Shown one piece after another: positions 12,068 through 26,067 of a stretch of DNA of 64,000 nt (position 1 is its first letter; every line of letters begins with the position of its first letter). Under the pieces are notes generated by a model. It was given only the letters and a program-made list of their open reading frames with translations. It made no database searches and was not told the origin of the DNA. The stretch lies in assembly GCA_951406725.2 (NCBI GenBank), contig OX597821.1:3162001-3226000 (forward strand). The letters are read 5' to 3'. This DNA is from Octopus vulgaris. Its lineage: Eukaryota. The position numbers and the translations under genes were made by a program.

Positions 12068-12882
12068 AGGCGGGCGAGTTGGTAGAAACGTTAGCTCTCT
12101 GGGCGAAATGCTTGGTATTTCGTCTGTCTTTATATTCTGAGTTGAAATTCCGCCGAAGTCATCTTTGCTTTTCATCGTATCGGGATCGATAAATTAAGTA
12201 CCAGTTGCGTACTGGGATCGATCTACTTAACAATCCTCCTCCCCTAAAATTTCGGGCCTTGTACTTAGAGTAGAACAGATTTATAATATAAGGCAGCGAG
12301 CTGGCAGAAACGTTAGCACGACGGGTGAAATGCTTTGCGGTATTTCGTCTGCCGCTACGTTCTGAGTTCAAATTCCACCGAGGTCGGCTTTGCCTTTCAT
12401 CCTTTCGGGTTCGATTAAATAAGTACCAGTTACGCACTGGGATCGATATAATCGACTTAATCCCTTTGTATGTCCTTGTTAGTCCTCTCTGGGTAGTAAA
12501 GGAATAGGTATTTCTTTTTTCTTTACGTTCTGAGTTCAAATTCCACCGAGGTCAACTTTGCCTTTCATAATTTCGAGATCGATCTAATTGCGTACTGGGA
12601 TCGATCTAATTGACAGTCCCCCTCCCCTAAAATTTCGGGCCTTGTCATTAGAGTAGAAATATTTATAATCTAAGTCGGGGAGCTAGCAGAAACGTTAGCA
12701 CGCTGCGCGAAATGTTTACTGGTATTTCGTTTTTCTTTACCTTCTGAGTTTATATTCCGTCGAGGTCGCCTTTGCCTTTCATCATTTCGGGTCGATAAAT
12801 TAAGTAACATTTACGTGCCGGGGTTCATCTAATCGACAGGCCCCTCCCGCAAAAGTTTGTACCTTGTACCTGGAGTAGAAAA
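12068..12882 (+). mobile_element. Head-to-tail array of four SINE family B units (third unit 5'-truncated)
   Basis: Repeats of ggcggcgagctggcagaaacgttagcacg...ttctgagttcaaattcc.ccgaggtc.actttgcctttcat...aagtaccagtt starting near 12068, 12290, 12523 and 12672. Confidence 0.92.
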
Positions 12883-12974
12883 CAATATAACATTCATAGA
12901 GAGGAACGCCAAGACACACGCGTGCACAAAGGTATATTCAAAGCTGCACATATGTGTATATTTTACCTTTTGTA

Positions 12975-13400
12975 TTTTACTTGCCACTGTTATTAGAATG
13001 CGGCCATGCTAGGGCATTACCTTGAAAACGTTTTAACCGAACGAATCAAGAACTGTACTTATTCTTACAATGCTTGGTACTTATTCTATCGTTCCCTTTG
13101 GCTGCACCGGGAATTTGCGCAGACGTAAACACACCAACAACGCTTGTCAAGCTGTGGTGGGGAGAAACACTCAGACACAAAGATACACAGACACATACAC
13201 ACACTCACGCACACACGCGCGTACACAAACACACAAACATATGACAGGCTTCTTTCAGTTTTCGTGTAGCAAATTCACTCACAAGATTTTGATTTACTCG
13301 AGGCCATAAAGGAAAACATTTACTTAAGATGCCACAAAGTGGGATTTGGCTCGGTACAATGTGATCGGAAAGGAAAGCAAACCACCACACTTGCGCCTGG
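12975..13400 (-). mobile_element. SINE family A, degenerate, near full length
   Basis: tgcggccatgctagggca...gtaaacacaccaaca...ttctttcagttt...ccacacttgcgcct. Confidence 0.8.
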
Positions 13401-13726
13401 TATAGTTAGAACTATAAGATATATTAACACATACATTGTACAGTGTATAAAATCATGTGACATACAACTCCTTACGTTGGGCTGATCGGATGGATACAGA
13501 GATACAATCCCAGCTGGTTGGTTCGTAATTGGGGCCTAACATGTTTAATTGTTAATGCGTTTAAAGTCTATTAAGGGCTGGTTCCGCATTGAAGTGTTGT
13601 GGTTGTGGTGATAAATGCCTTTTATAATCTAAGAACTTTGTCTTCATATCCATATTTTTAAACTATGCTTGGATTTTGCAACCTTTCCTCATTCCGGATT
13701 GACGATTCGTTAAATACAAATCAAAA

Positions 13727-13750
13727 AAAAGAAAGACAGACGGAAAGAAA

Positions 13751-13810
<60 letters not shown>

Positions 13811-13845
13811 CAGAAAGAAAGAAAGAAAGAAAGGAAGAAAGAAAA
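13727..13845. repeat. (GAAA)n microsatellite
   Basis: Direct reading. Confidence 0.97.
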
Positions 13846-14269
13846 CCTTCGTAATAATTGTAATTAGATGACAACTTCGATGGTGGTTATCCGCCGCAAT
13901 AGTTACACTTCGTTAGTTAAAAAATTGTGGAAAGCTCAGATTATAGATTTGATGGTTGTAATATTATTCAAATGATTTTCTCTTTTTTATCGCTGGTAGG
14001 CTTTATCTGTTTAATGCTTTATCGCCATAACTAATATCATAAGTGGATTCCACTCCAGTGTAAGAATTTAATCAGTCTCAGAAACATTGTAAAAGTCAGT
14101 GAGTACTACCCTTACTCTAGTAATTAAAAAATTGAATCAATACAGACATTTATAATTCACTACCTATTTGTATATCTGTATCGTATCAAATGCTTAAGCA
14201 TGATATTAAATTTTCTTTCCCATAGAGATTAATAAAACAAATATTGTGTACTTAATCTTACAATGCCAC

Positions 14270-14324
14270 TCAGGAGTGGTTGTGTGGTAATATATATATA
14301 TTTATTACCAACCACATGGTTCCG

Positions 14325-14393
<69 letters not shown>

Positions 14394-14618
14394 ATGTGTA
14401 TATGTTTGTGTGTCTGTATTTGCGCCCCCCCAACATCGCTTGACAACCGATGCTGGTGTGTTTAAGTCCCCGTAACTTAGCGGTTCGGCAAAAGAGACCG
14501 ATAGAATAAGTACTAGGCTTCTAAAAATAAGTCCTGGTTCGTTTTGCTCGACTAAAAGGCGGTGACCCAGCATGGCCGCAGTTAAATGACTGAAACAATT
14601 AAAAGAGTAAAAGAGTAA
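14270..14618 (+). mobile_element. SINE family A with an internal deletion replaced by (TA)n(TG)n
   Basis: Head caggagtggttgtgtggtaa..accaaccacatggttccggg; 3' half cgcttgacaaccgatgctggtgtg...aaatgactgaaacaa. Confidence 0.92.
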
Positions 14619-17600
14619 ATAGCTTAAAATCAATACGGACGGACGGAGTTAGATGAAACTGTGTAATATCCACGTCTTTCTGTTGTCATCAACTTGCTAA
14701 AAGTACCAAGCAATCTCTTGCAATATGTTTTTTTTTTAAATAAATAAACACGTTGTGATTTTGGTTTCCTACGCATAGGATAGATTCAGAGAGGTCATGG
14801 TTTGTATGAATTTGACCATAGCCAAAACCTGATCAAGATTATCTGGATCTAAACAATAACAGCGACAAGAACAAAAACGATCGCAGGGATATCAACAACA
14901 GCAGCTTTAACCACAACAACGATGACAGGAACATCAAAACTATGCTTTTTTCAATTACTTATATTAATAGTGATCACGTTTTATTTAAATTGGATTATAA
15001 GAATTTACTCATTAAGGATTGAGCTGTCAGGTGAGATGCTTTGCCAGATAAGATTAAATGTTTGTATATCTACATATCCCCACTCCCTGGTTCCATGTCT
15101 GACATGAGATATGATGCAAAATATGTTTGATACTACTTGTGTTTTCATATCTGATTATGCCTCTTATTTGCTTTTATTCGCCTAATTTGCTTTTATTGCA
15201 CTAATTAAAAAAAAAATTGCTAGAGAAATAGTGAGCTTTATTTAATAACCAGTTGATCTCGCAAGCGGGGCCTCATATCAGTGAGGGGGGAAGGCGGGGC
15301 GAATTGATGCTTTCGAGAGGCAGGCCCCAAAACGTCGCGCATTCTCTCCTGATCACCCCATACACTTGCTGGTTTCCGGTATGCGGACAACTCCACTGGT
15401 AGCACTTGCATGTTCAAGTTGTTTGCAAGACATCTAAGCCATATCATTCATCTACAGTGTGTAATGGAAAAATACGCACAAAACATTTTCTTTCTTTCTT
15501 TCTTTCTTTCTTCATTTATTCATTCCTTTCTTTTTTCTTTCTTTCTTTCTTCTTTATTTCTCCCTTACTCTGTTGGTTCATCCGAAAAGAAAGTCTATTT
15601 ATTTTGCCTTTGCTTCTTTATTCTGCACACAATTCCCTGTGCACAACTTTTTCCGTTAATTATTTTTTTTTGTGTTTTACATTTCACCATCAAACTTCTG
15701 AATTTCTTTTCACCTATTTTAACCTCATGCTTTGACCAACTGCCCTTTCCTATTCCCTTCTTTCCATTTGTGCTACTTTACCTATGAATCAACACTACCA
15801 CTTTTGTATTAAAATATAATCTTGTGCCATATTCAAAAATGAATTATTACTTCTTACCTAACCCCGAAATTATCTAATTCATAATAACTAACCATTAGCT
15901 GACTTTAGAAACACTGTCTTGTATAAAATAGAAACATGTGAATTGCAAAAGTTCTCATTTAATAATCGAAATTTCGTTTAGTTTCGATCACTTTGGTAAT
16001 TCTTTCCTGCCTCTACAAATGGTTTGTGTTTAGAAAACATTAATTATCTAGACACAATTGAAGAATATAAACATATTTTCCATTAAATTGATTGTACCTG
16101 TCGTTCAGCAAAACTGACCTGTGTCTAGGCTGAGGAAAATCAATATTATTCATGTATGCACTCTGTTTCCCAAATGTCCTATCATATTTTAATTAAAATA
16201 TTTTAATTCTTCTAACTTGCTGAATGTTTCCAAAAACGAATTCCGATGAAAGTCATCTATTATACTCTAATCAATATCCAATTAGATTAAATATATTTAT
16301 GAGTAGATTTTAGGCAAAATTCCTTTCGCTATATAGAATATTATATCAAAGTCAAATTGAAATTATTGAAATTTTTCAGTTGGAGATTTAAATAATTTTA
16401 TCATTTGTTTCTTTTATGTTTGTAAATGATAAATAATTACATTATATTGTCTAATGTTTCTTAAAAGAAATCAACTTGTTATTGTCTACTGTACACCATT
16501 ATGTATGAAGATTTATGAAAATGATTTCACAGGAGAAATTATTAATATGAGACTTCCATCGCTTTTTTTAAATACATAATCACTGTTCGTCTATGAATAA
16601 GAAATTTATACATTTGTGTAAAGATCGGTAAAATCGGAATAGAATTAAAACGTATGTATTCATATTTAGTATAAATACGATAGTTGCTAAAATACCAGAG
16701 TTAATAAAATCATTGTACTTTGATAGATATAGATTTAAAATAAAATAACAACAAGTTGTTTGAGAGAACAAATTATTGTGGTTTATTCCCACTTGTTCAG
16801 TTTCAGAAATCCCGAAATGATATAGTAGATAATTTGAAATAAATTTCCATTTTTGTTTCATCATATTTAATTGTTAGATAATTTCACTTTAATTGCATAT
16901 TACCTGTTTTGAAATATGACATAAACTATTACTATGTGTCCGTAAATCGTTTGTTAATGATGCTGCTGTTAGGTCCCATGTCAAACCTGAATGAAAAAAT
17001 ATGTAATCAAATATATTGCAGCGATGATTTGAGTAATATTTTGCTTTTCAGATATGCAGATATACATTTTCTACTACGTGAATTTTCGTTAAAGAAAATG
17101 CAGTGAAATAATAGGCGGAAATTTAGTTTAAGGGTCCATGTGTGAGCCAGTAGAAGAACTTGTCCAGGCTCCGACTAATGATATCTTTATTGACTTGGAA
17201 ATATAACATGAGATTATTCTCCAAATAAAACGATTTTTATCACGAGGATCTATTCTTTTCCATAGTTGCCTTTTATCTCAGCGACAGCTTTAATTGACAA
17301 TCAAAGGACTTTCACCTAATAGTTGTCTTTCAGAAACTAACAACTACGTTATCCAAAGTGTGTTGTATCCCCTTACTGGTGGATAGTCCTGGATTGCAAG
17401 AGGTATATATATCTAGTATACCTAATGACCATATTTAGCTTCTCTCCTTGATGAGTAGTAATATAGTAATATATGAAAATATAGCAGAGGATAGTAATAT
17501 GATTAAAATGACACCATTTTAAGAGAATTAGACACCCGTAATATATTCGTAATACATCTAAAATAGATATAGTTTACATCATCAAACAATTTCACTCGAA

Positions 17601-18661
17601 TATAGGTTTAAAACATTCCGATCCGTCAAACCAATATTAATTACATTTGCAAACACAGTAGAGTATTTTCTCCATGGCTGTATCACTCCATGTCTTAGCT
17701 TAGCGGAAACTGCTTTATACATACTTGCAAAAATAAATGCACGTGTGCGCACACGCATGCGCACATTCACATACACTAACACACACAGACGTGCGTGCAT
17801 GCGCGCGAGCACACAAATATATATTTCAATAGAAATTATGCCATACGTAAATAAAGCATGAATTTGATTTTGAAGCCCTCAAAAGTACAGTAGCAGAATT
17901 AGAAAGATATATTTTTTGAACGCGTAAGTATTGATAGAACAGCATCTATGGGATAAAATCCCTACAGCTTGGGGCTCACAGATGTTTCTGCTGTACAGAC
18001 GCGCTGAAATAAAAATATATCTTTCTTCTTGTAATATATTTCAGTATATGATTTTCTAGTGAACAATCTTACTAAATGTATAATGATTTAAAAAAATATA
18101 AAAGTCCCATCGTAGTCACTTTATTTTGTTAACATTACAAATAAAATATTTTAAGTTCTTTTTTTTCTTTTTGTTTTTAGAAAAGGAAATGTTTTGGAAT
18201 AGTGTGACGTGCATCAGTTCAGAATGTATGGTAGAATAAATGAGTAAGAACAATTGATAGGCAATTGGAAAAAATGTGTGATTAAGTATTAGGTTCGTCA
18301 GGGTTGAAGGTTGAATTTTCAACAGAAATAACAACAATGGCAACAAGTAGTGAAGATAATCCCAAAAGAAATTCGAAACGTGATAAAGTATTTGACTTAA
18401 CGCCATCTTATCTCCTAATCTACCACGCTCACCGCTTGATAGCAATTACCTTTAACATCAACATCATCTTGTTTATAATTCGTACGTCTCTCCTCTCTTC
18501 AATAAATATATAGCTCAATATTTGTATCAGGGAATTAATAAATACACAATAAATGTTAATCTGTTTCCAGATCTCCCCTTCTCTAGTCGCTTACCTGATA
18601 AAAGATAAATCAATAGTTTGAAACGTATATTTAAACGTACACTAACCAAATGAAGGCAACT

Positions 18662-18664
<3 letters not shown>

Positions 18665-18730
<66 letters not shown>
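18665..18730. repeat. (CA)n microsatellite
   Basis: Direct reading. Confidence 0.98.
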
Positions 18731-20489
18731 TCCACATAGACACAGTCACACGGAGGCGCATATTGGACGCAACTCATCAAACTCATTAAATACTTTGAAG
18801 ATATAGAAGCTAATATTTATTTCTCATTTTCGCAGACGGCTAGATATGTGTAAAAGAATCATGTAGTCAATTCGTCTGAACTCGTCGAAGCCATGAACTT
18901 TGTTTATTTGTTTTTATTAGAGTTAGACGTCAGACTCAATCCCAGCATGATTTAAACATAAAACCATTGAAAGCCAAATCCAAATATTCTACCAATCTGC
19001 AGTCTTGTGTTTTTTTTTATGTGAGATACATATCAAAGCGCTAAAACTCTGTAACCGACGGAGTGCCAAGGATGGTCTTACATGCTTTGCAATGTGTAGT
19101 TTCCGACCTCATTACAATAAAAATTGTAATGGGGGGGGGTCCCAAAATGCGTTTTCCATCTTCATTGTTATTAAAATGAGTAGAACTTATTTCGTTATGG
19201 ATAAACACTTCTACTCAATTAAAAATTGATATTAATGTCTTTCTTAATCAACCTAACAATATTTCTGATTCAGTATAATCTATCAATTATCCCAAAGGAA
19301 TGAAGATACTTGAAATTAAAACTGAGTTATGCTTTTCTCCTGCGCCATGACTGCATTCTGATTTAGAACACCAGTGAAACAATTATTTATAGAAGCGAAA
19401 TATTTATTACATAAGTTCACGAAGTTTATGCAACCTGAGTCTTAATATTTAAATTCGAACTACTGTATACAGGTTTTCTCATTGAATCTGGAAAGGTGTT
19501 GTGTCTGCGAAGTAGGTAATCAAAGGTGAGCCTGTAATATTCTGTAGAGATCCGTTTCAATTCGCTTCAATTGAATAAACAGCATAACAATGTATAAATC
19601 TTCCTTGAAATAATGGAGAATTTATATAATTAGGACAAATTACATTAGAATTTAATGAATATGTTTACATATTGCCATGTTGCTCATTAGGAGAGTGTTA
19701 AACATAATGGTTAGTATGATGTGAACGAATTACATTGGAAAAGAGTTCGTCATCTAGAATCCACAAGTTTTACAATTGCACATCATCATATACAATTTAA
19801 ACGTATCGTAACGTAACGTTATAAATATTGATTTAACACATGGGATATCATCATATTTACTTTTCGCTTGTAGTTAGTTTCGAAAATAATTAATTTCCTT
19901 TATGATATATAGCAATTCAATCAAATGATGTAACACAGCATTACTTAATTTCTCATTAAATAATACATTTATTACAGATCAATATATTCAATAGAGTAGA
20001 AGGAATAGAGATGATATCTACTTTAAAACTGGAAGCAAATCTATGATTGTTTCTGCAATATCGTTATCAATTAATTTAGTCAACTACTAATTACGTATTC
20101 AAATGAGGATCAATTTAATTACGAACACCATTTTGATACTTCTGTTTTCATATTTCCAAGCGTATGCATCAACTGAATATTTATTTAGACCAGTACCAAT
20201 TAAAATAAACAACTTGGCCAACCAAATATATCGGGTAGAGAAAGAAATAATTAATGCTTCTTCAATTTGTTATTCAATAGGGATAAGTTATTCATTCATT
20301 TCTCGCTGTTATAATTTCATATGTTTACCAATGCACTCATTTAATGGTAGGTTAACATGTTTAATTAACGCTATATTTTAGAAGAACCTCCATGAGTTGC
20401 CTCGGCCGAATAGAAATAACAGCCACACCTTTTTCTCTCGCAAAATAAAACACTATTTTTTTTATATAAAAACATAAAGATAATAAATG

Positions 20490-20737
20490 TGCCGCTTTAA
20501 AGCCTAGCCAGGGTCATGGGCCCGGTTTTCCCGGTTTCCATGCCGTATGTGTTCCCGAGCTGGATGGGACGCGAGTCCATCGCAGCGTTACTCATTTTTG
20601 CCAGCTGAGTGGACTGGAGCAACGTGAAACGAAGTGTTTTGCTCAAGAACACAACGCATCGCCCGGTCCAGGAATCAAAATCACAATCTTACGATCATGG
20701 TACCGACACCCTAACTACTAAGCCACGCGTCTCCACT
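20490..20737 (-). mobile_element. tRNA-derived SINE family C with a CORE-like central domain
   Basis: Minus strand: A box tggcttagtagttagg, degenerate B box, then gtgttcttgagcaaaacactt...ccactcagctggcaaaaatgagtaac (CORE-like), then ctgcgatggac..cccatccag..ggaaaccggg. Confidence 0.8.
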
Positions 20738-20834
20738 ATATATAAAAGCATAGCTATAAAGTAATTCTCACTCAAAAAGATCTGAATGGTAATGACTGAA
20801 ACAGCATTTGTCAGAGACAGTGCAACAAAAATAA

Positions 20835-21047
20835 TCTTTTCCTCTACAGGCACAAAGCCTGAAATTTAAAAGGCGTAATTCGGTTACATCGACCCCAGTA
20901 CTTAACATATACTAATTTCATTGAATCCAAAATGATAGATGGCAAAGTTGACCTTGGTAAGTTTTGAGTTCAGAACACGTAAAGATAGGCAAACGACAGC
21001 TGCCTATGTCCGGCTTTTTTTTATGATTCTGCTACTTCCTCGCCTTA
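20835..21047 (-). mobile_element. SINE family B, degenerate
   Basis: tacatcgaccccagtac...ggcaaagttgaccttgg...ctcgcctta. Confidence 0.65.
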
Positions 21048-21486
21048 TGCCTGTGTCAAAATGTTAACAACGAAAACAACGAAAGAACACAATGTAAACC
21101 TGTTTGTCTATAAATCAAAATACAAAACAGAATGTGTGACATAATTAAACTGTATATCACGATTCATCTGATTTCAAGATACAAACTATACCAACATACC
21201 TCAGCGGCTGAATTCTATAATCAGATAGATTTATCTTTTGGTATCTCTCATTCGCATCTACGCTGTTCTGCTTGATAACATAATTAGATGCATTCCAATA
21301 AATTTATTATAAATATGTTTTTTTTCAATTACACTTAGCACTTGGTAATCATTTGAAGGATAATGTTCATTTCTCTTGTTCTAACGTTTTTTCTCTTTTT
21401 CTAAACGTTCCAAAACCAAGGACAACACATACGCGTCATTTTCTTCAGCTTCAGTTATGTCTCACACACACAGTACCCTCTTCTCA

Positions 21487-21519
<33 letters not shown>

Positions 21520-21726
21520 CTCACTCTATTCTTCACTGTCGCCTTCTCTCACTATATACATACATATACGCATATACAAACATACACGAATGACATTACA
21601 TGAGGATGGAGGATATCAAGATATTCACAAAAATCTAACATGAATCAAACGTATTCGACTTTTTGAAGTGCTCATACACAGCTGTTGCTAAGAAAATAAT
21701 TAAATTATATAATGATTAGAAAGAAT

Positions 21727-22110
21727 CGCGTAGGAGTGGCTCTGTGGTAAGTAGCTTGCTTACCAACAACATGGTTCCGGGTTCAATACCACCGCGTATC
21801 ACTTTGGGCAAGTGTCTTCTACTATAGCCTCGAGCCGACCAAAGCCTTGTGAGTGGATTTGGAAGATGGAAACTTAAAAAAGCCCGTCGTATATATGTAC
21901 GTGTGTGTATATGTTTGTGTTTGCTCCTCCCACATCGCTTGACAGGCGATGCTGGTGTGTTTACGTCCCCGTAACATTAGCGGTTCGGCAAAAGTGACCG
22001 ATAGAATAAGTACTAGGCTTATAAAGAATAAGTCCTGGGGTCGATTTGCTCGACTAAAGGCAGTGCTCCAGCATGGCCACAGTCAAATGACTGAAACAAG
22101 TAAAAGAGTA
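21727..22110 (+). mobile_element. SINE family A, full length (tRNA-derived head)
   Basis: A box tggctctgtggtaag, B box ggttcaatacc, body ttgggcaagtgtcttctactatagcc..., tail aaatgactgaaacaagtaaaagagta. Confidence 0.95.
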
Positions 22111-23457
22111 ATGATAATCTATAATGGTATATGAATTTAAATTTAGCAACATAAAGTAGGTGTGCAGTGTAGAAACGAATGTTGCGATTTACTATTGAAG
22201 CTTGATAGCGTCCATTCTCCTATTATATCATTCTTGTATTAATCTCATGTAAAGAAGAGTTCCGCAAGTGTATTTAGTCCTGAAATATATATAACTCTAC
22301 TGAAGGATAATTCATGGTAACCAAATATACGTATATAAATGTGTGTGCGCGTGCGATGTGTGCGTGCTGTGGAGTGTGAGACCGTCTGTGTTACTTCTGA
22401 ATTTACGAAAGCGAAAGTCTAAGCGATATATTTAACAGTAGATATTTATTTATTCAAATATCACGTGTATAATTTTGTTCAGGTTATTTCTACAAATCTC
22501 TTATAGAAATTATAGTCAAGACTGATTGTTGTTACAACGCTTCGTATCGAGATGTGAGATGTAAACAAACAATGAGACCGAAGACAAAAATGGGTAATAG
22601 GTGTGTATGCCATATTTCGGGGGTTGTTACCCCTTCAATAGCACCCATCTAAGTCATTCTTGCCTCCGAACACATTGCTTATATGGACACCGTATACTAG
22701 GATGTCAAATTATTGACTCTATCACTTTACATATTAATCGCTTCCTGGAACTGGTACGTAATCAGCCTTATGCCTGTAAGTTCTCCCTCGCTGAGAAAGC
22801 TTACCTCACAACGCGTATAAAGCTTCATTATAACCGATGATGCCTATTCCGATAAAGATGAATTCTATTGCTGCGTTAGAATACTCTGGAATACTTCAGA
22901 ATTCTCTGGCATTTTTTGCTGAATTTTCTATTATATTCGCTAATATATGCGGTAGAAATACTTTAAAGTTTCCTACTAATCTGGTATATAATGCATTACG
23001 TTATCTTTAAAGATATTACCAATGAAATGAAAATCATGCAAGGATATTTAGAGAAATGTGTTTAATTGTATGAGGTAGTAGGGGATCAGGTAAACACACG
23101 CTATATTTTCATCGTTTTTCTGAGAATATGCTGTGAATAGACAAATTCACATCCCAAATTCAACTACAGTATATATCTGAAATTTCCTTAAAGACAGACA
23201 GAGTATTTCGCAAACGTATGACATACTTAGAATATCATTTTCGGTATCTTGAGAATTGGAATGAAGTAACCCAAGACATTCTATATATCCATCCCACACA
23301 TCTATCTATCCATCCATCCATCTGTCCGTCTTTGAGTCTGTGAGTCAATCTCTCTGTCGGTCAGTCTGTCGATCAGTCTTTCAGTCTGTCTGTCTATCTA
23401 TCTATCTATTTATCTATCTACATATCTATCTAACTATCTATCTATTTATCTATCTTC

Positions 23458-23500
<43 letters not shown>

Positions 23501-23504
23501 CGGG

Positions 23505-23822
23505 TGCATGCATGGCTTGTTTACCAACCACGTAGGTCTGGGGTCAATCACACTGCATGGCACCTCGGGCCAAACAAAGCCTTGTGATTTGGTAGACGGC
23601 AGCGGAAAGAAACATGTTGTATATGTATATGTGTGTCTGTGTTTGTCTCTCACCATCGCTTTATAACCGACGGTGATGTGCTTAAGTTCCCGTAATGTAA
23701 TGGTTCAATAAATGACACCGATAGAATAACACTAGGCTTACAAAGAATAAGTCCTGGGTCGATTTGCTCTACTAAAGGCGGGGCTCCAGCATGACCGCAT
23801 TAAATGACTGAAAGAGTAAAAG
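23505..23822 (+). mobile_element. SINE family A, degenerate
   Basis: gcttgtttaccaaccac...gatagaataacactaggcttacaaagaataagtcctggg...aaatgactgaaagagta. Confidence 0.88.
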
Positions 23823-24409
23823 GCTCAAAGAATATGCAAGCACAAAGACGCACACACACGCACACACACATACATGGAATATATATACATACATATATAT
23901 ACATATACTTATATACATAGTTACATACACGCACACTCGTATTTATATATATATATATATATATATGCACAAGTAGACAGACGCGCGCACGCACATACAC
24001 ATATATACTCACGCACACACATACACATGAATATTGATGCCTAGAAATAGACGATCCCATGAGTATTGTCGAAATTAACTCACGCGGTTTATGTATCTCA
24101 GCGATAATGTCTAAATATGAAGCACATTAACATGATTATCACCATGGTTCGGGAGCAGGAATTGAAAAGAGCATCCCAAGATAAAAGCAAGTAAAATGTT
24201 ATGTAAAACCAAAGAGCTCATATACTTAGTCGAGGCATTAATGGATTGACACCTTAGACCGCACTGTTTTTGCGCAGAGACCATTTCATAATTGGATATC
24301 GTTATATCGTACATATACGAAAAATCATACAAAAATATCAAATGTATATATATGTATATATATATATAAATATATATACGTGTGTGTGTGTGTGTGTGTG
24401 TTTGTGTGT

Positions 24410-24702
24410 ACTCCCGGTTTCGGTTCTATTGTGTTGCACTTATGAGAAGCGTCTTCAACTACAGCCCTCGGACCGACCAAATCGCCACGAGTGGATTTGG
24501 AAAATATGCTTGTTTCTTTGTACGTTTGTTTGTTCCTCATCACTGCTTGACAATCGGTGTTGGTGTATTTATACTCCTGCAATTTAGTGGTTATGCGAAA
24601 GGATAATCTTGAAAGGAAATTAGAACTCGGGTCGATTTATCCGCCTAAAACTTTTCAAGGTTTTGCCCTAGCTTGACCTTAGTTAGATGACTGAAGCAAG
24701 TA
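24410..24702 (+). mobile_element. SINE family A, highly degenerate
   Basis: gagtggatttgg...gcttgacaatcggtgttggtgt...gatgactgaagcaagt. Confidence 0.7.
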
Positions 24703-24738
24703 ATATACTTACACACACACACACACACGCACACACAC

Positions 24739-24807
<69 letters not shown>

Positions 24808-26033
24808 AAACCTGTAAACAGAAATATAGAAGTTGGTTCTTTTGTCCCGAAATTACAAACGTGGGCACATACACATGGGCACACACACATAAACTCAGGC
24901 GTACACACACACTCACGTATACTTATACATTATTTAGACCAATACACAAAAACGACATTTTCATGAATGGCATAACTTGCCTGATAGCCTTCATAAACAA
25001 TTCATAAATGACGATTGAGTTACTGCTGTACCTAACAAAGGGATAAAACAACCTAGCTATGTATGTCTAGTTATATTTAAGTGTAATTCAATCTCAGTGG
25101 TTGACATAATCCACCGACCTTTTCTTCACCAACATCTGGTTTTATGTGCGTTTAGCGGATGCAGCTTTGCTGCAAGAAGATAACCACGTGCCCAGTTTAT
25201 AACAAAGCGTTCCTTGCCTCGAAGGTCATAGAGAAGCAACGTGGTCAGAAGCCTTTCGCAATACGCCATAAAAATGCTAAGTAACGAATGCAATCTAGTG
25301 CCTTTAGACTTCGATAATATTTCTAGGCATACATAACAATATAGATGTTTTGCTTGCTGACTCTAACAATGGATGAAGATAAACATGCGCATATCGATTT
25401 TTTTATATTAACAACGAGAAAAATATTGTGTTTGAGAAAAACAATTTCATACTGCCAGATAGATAGTGTGACACACTGCAGGCGGTTAAACAAAATGACC
25501 TTGTAAGGTTGGGATTGTAAGCCACACACGGCAACCGATTGCAACGTTCTGTATGTTATACAGCATAACCGAATCCTTATGCAACCCTTTTACTTGGTCG
25601 TCTTCCAGGAAAATGCTACTACACAGACAACATATATGTGTATGTGTGTATGTGTGCGTGTGTATGTATATGTGTATGTGTGTGTACGTATACGTTTATA
25701 TATATATATGAATATATACATATATATATATATAATATAATATGATATAATATAATACAATATATCTTATATATGCATGTGTATTTATGTTTGTGCATGT
25801 ATATGCATATGTGTATTTATTTGAGCGACTGAGTATGTGTACATGCACGTGATTATGTGCTTGTGTGTGTATATATATGTGTGTGTGTGTTCGTGTATGT
25901 GTATACATATATGCATACATACACGCACATGCATAGATACATACACTCACACATACATACATACATACTTGCATACATACATGCATACATATATACTTGC
26001 ATACATGCATACATACATACACACATACATACA

Positions 26034-26067
<34 letters not shown>

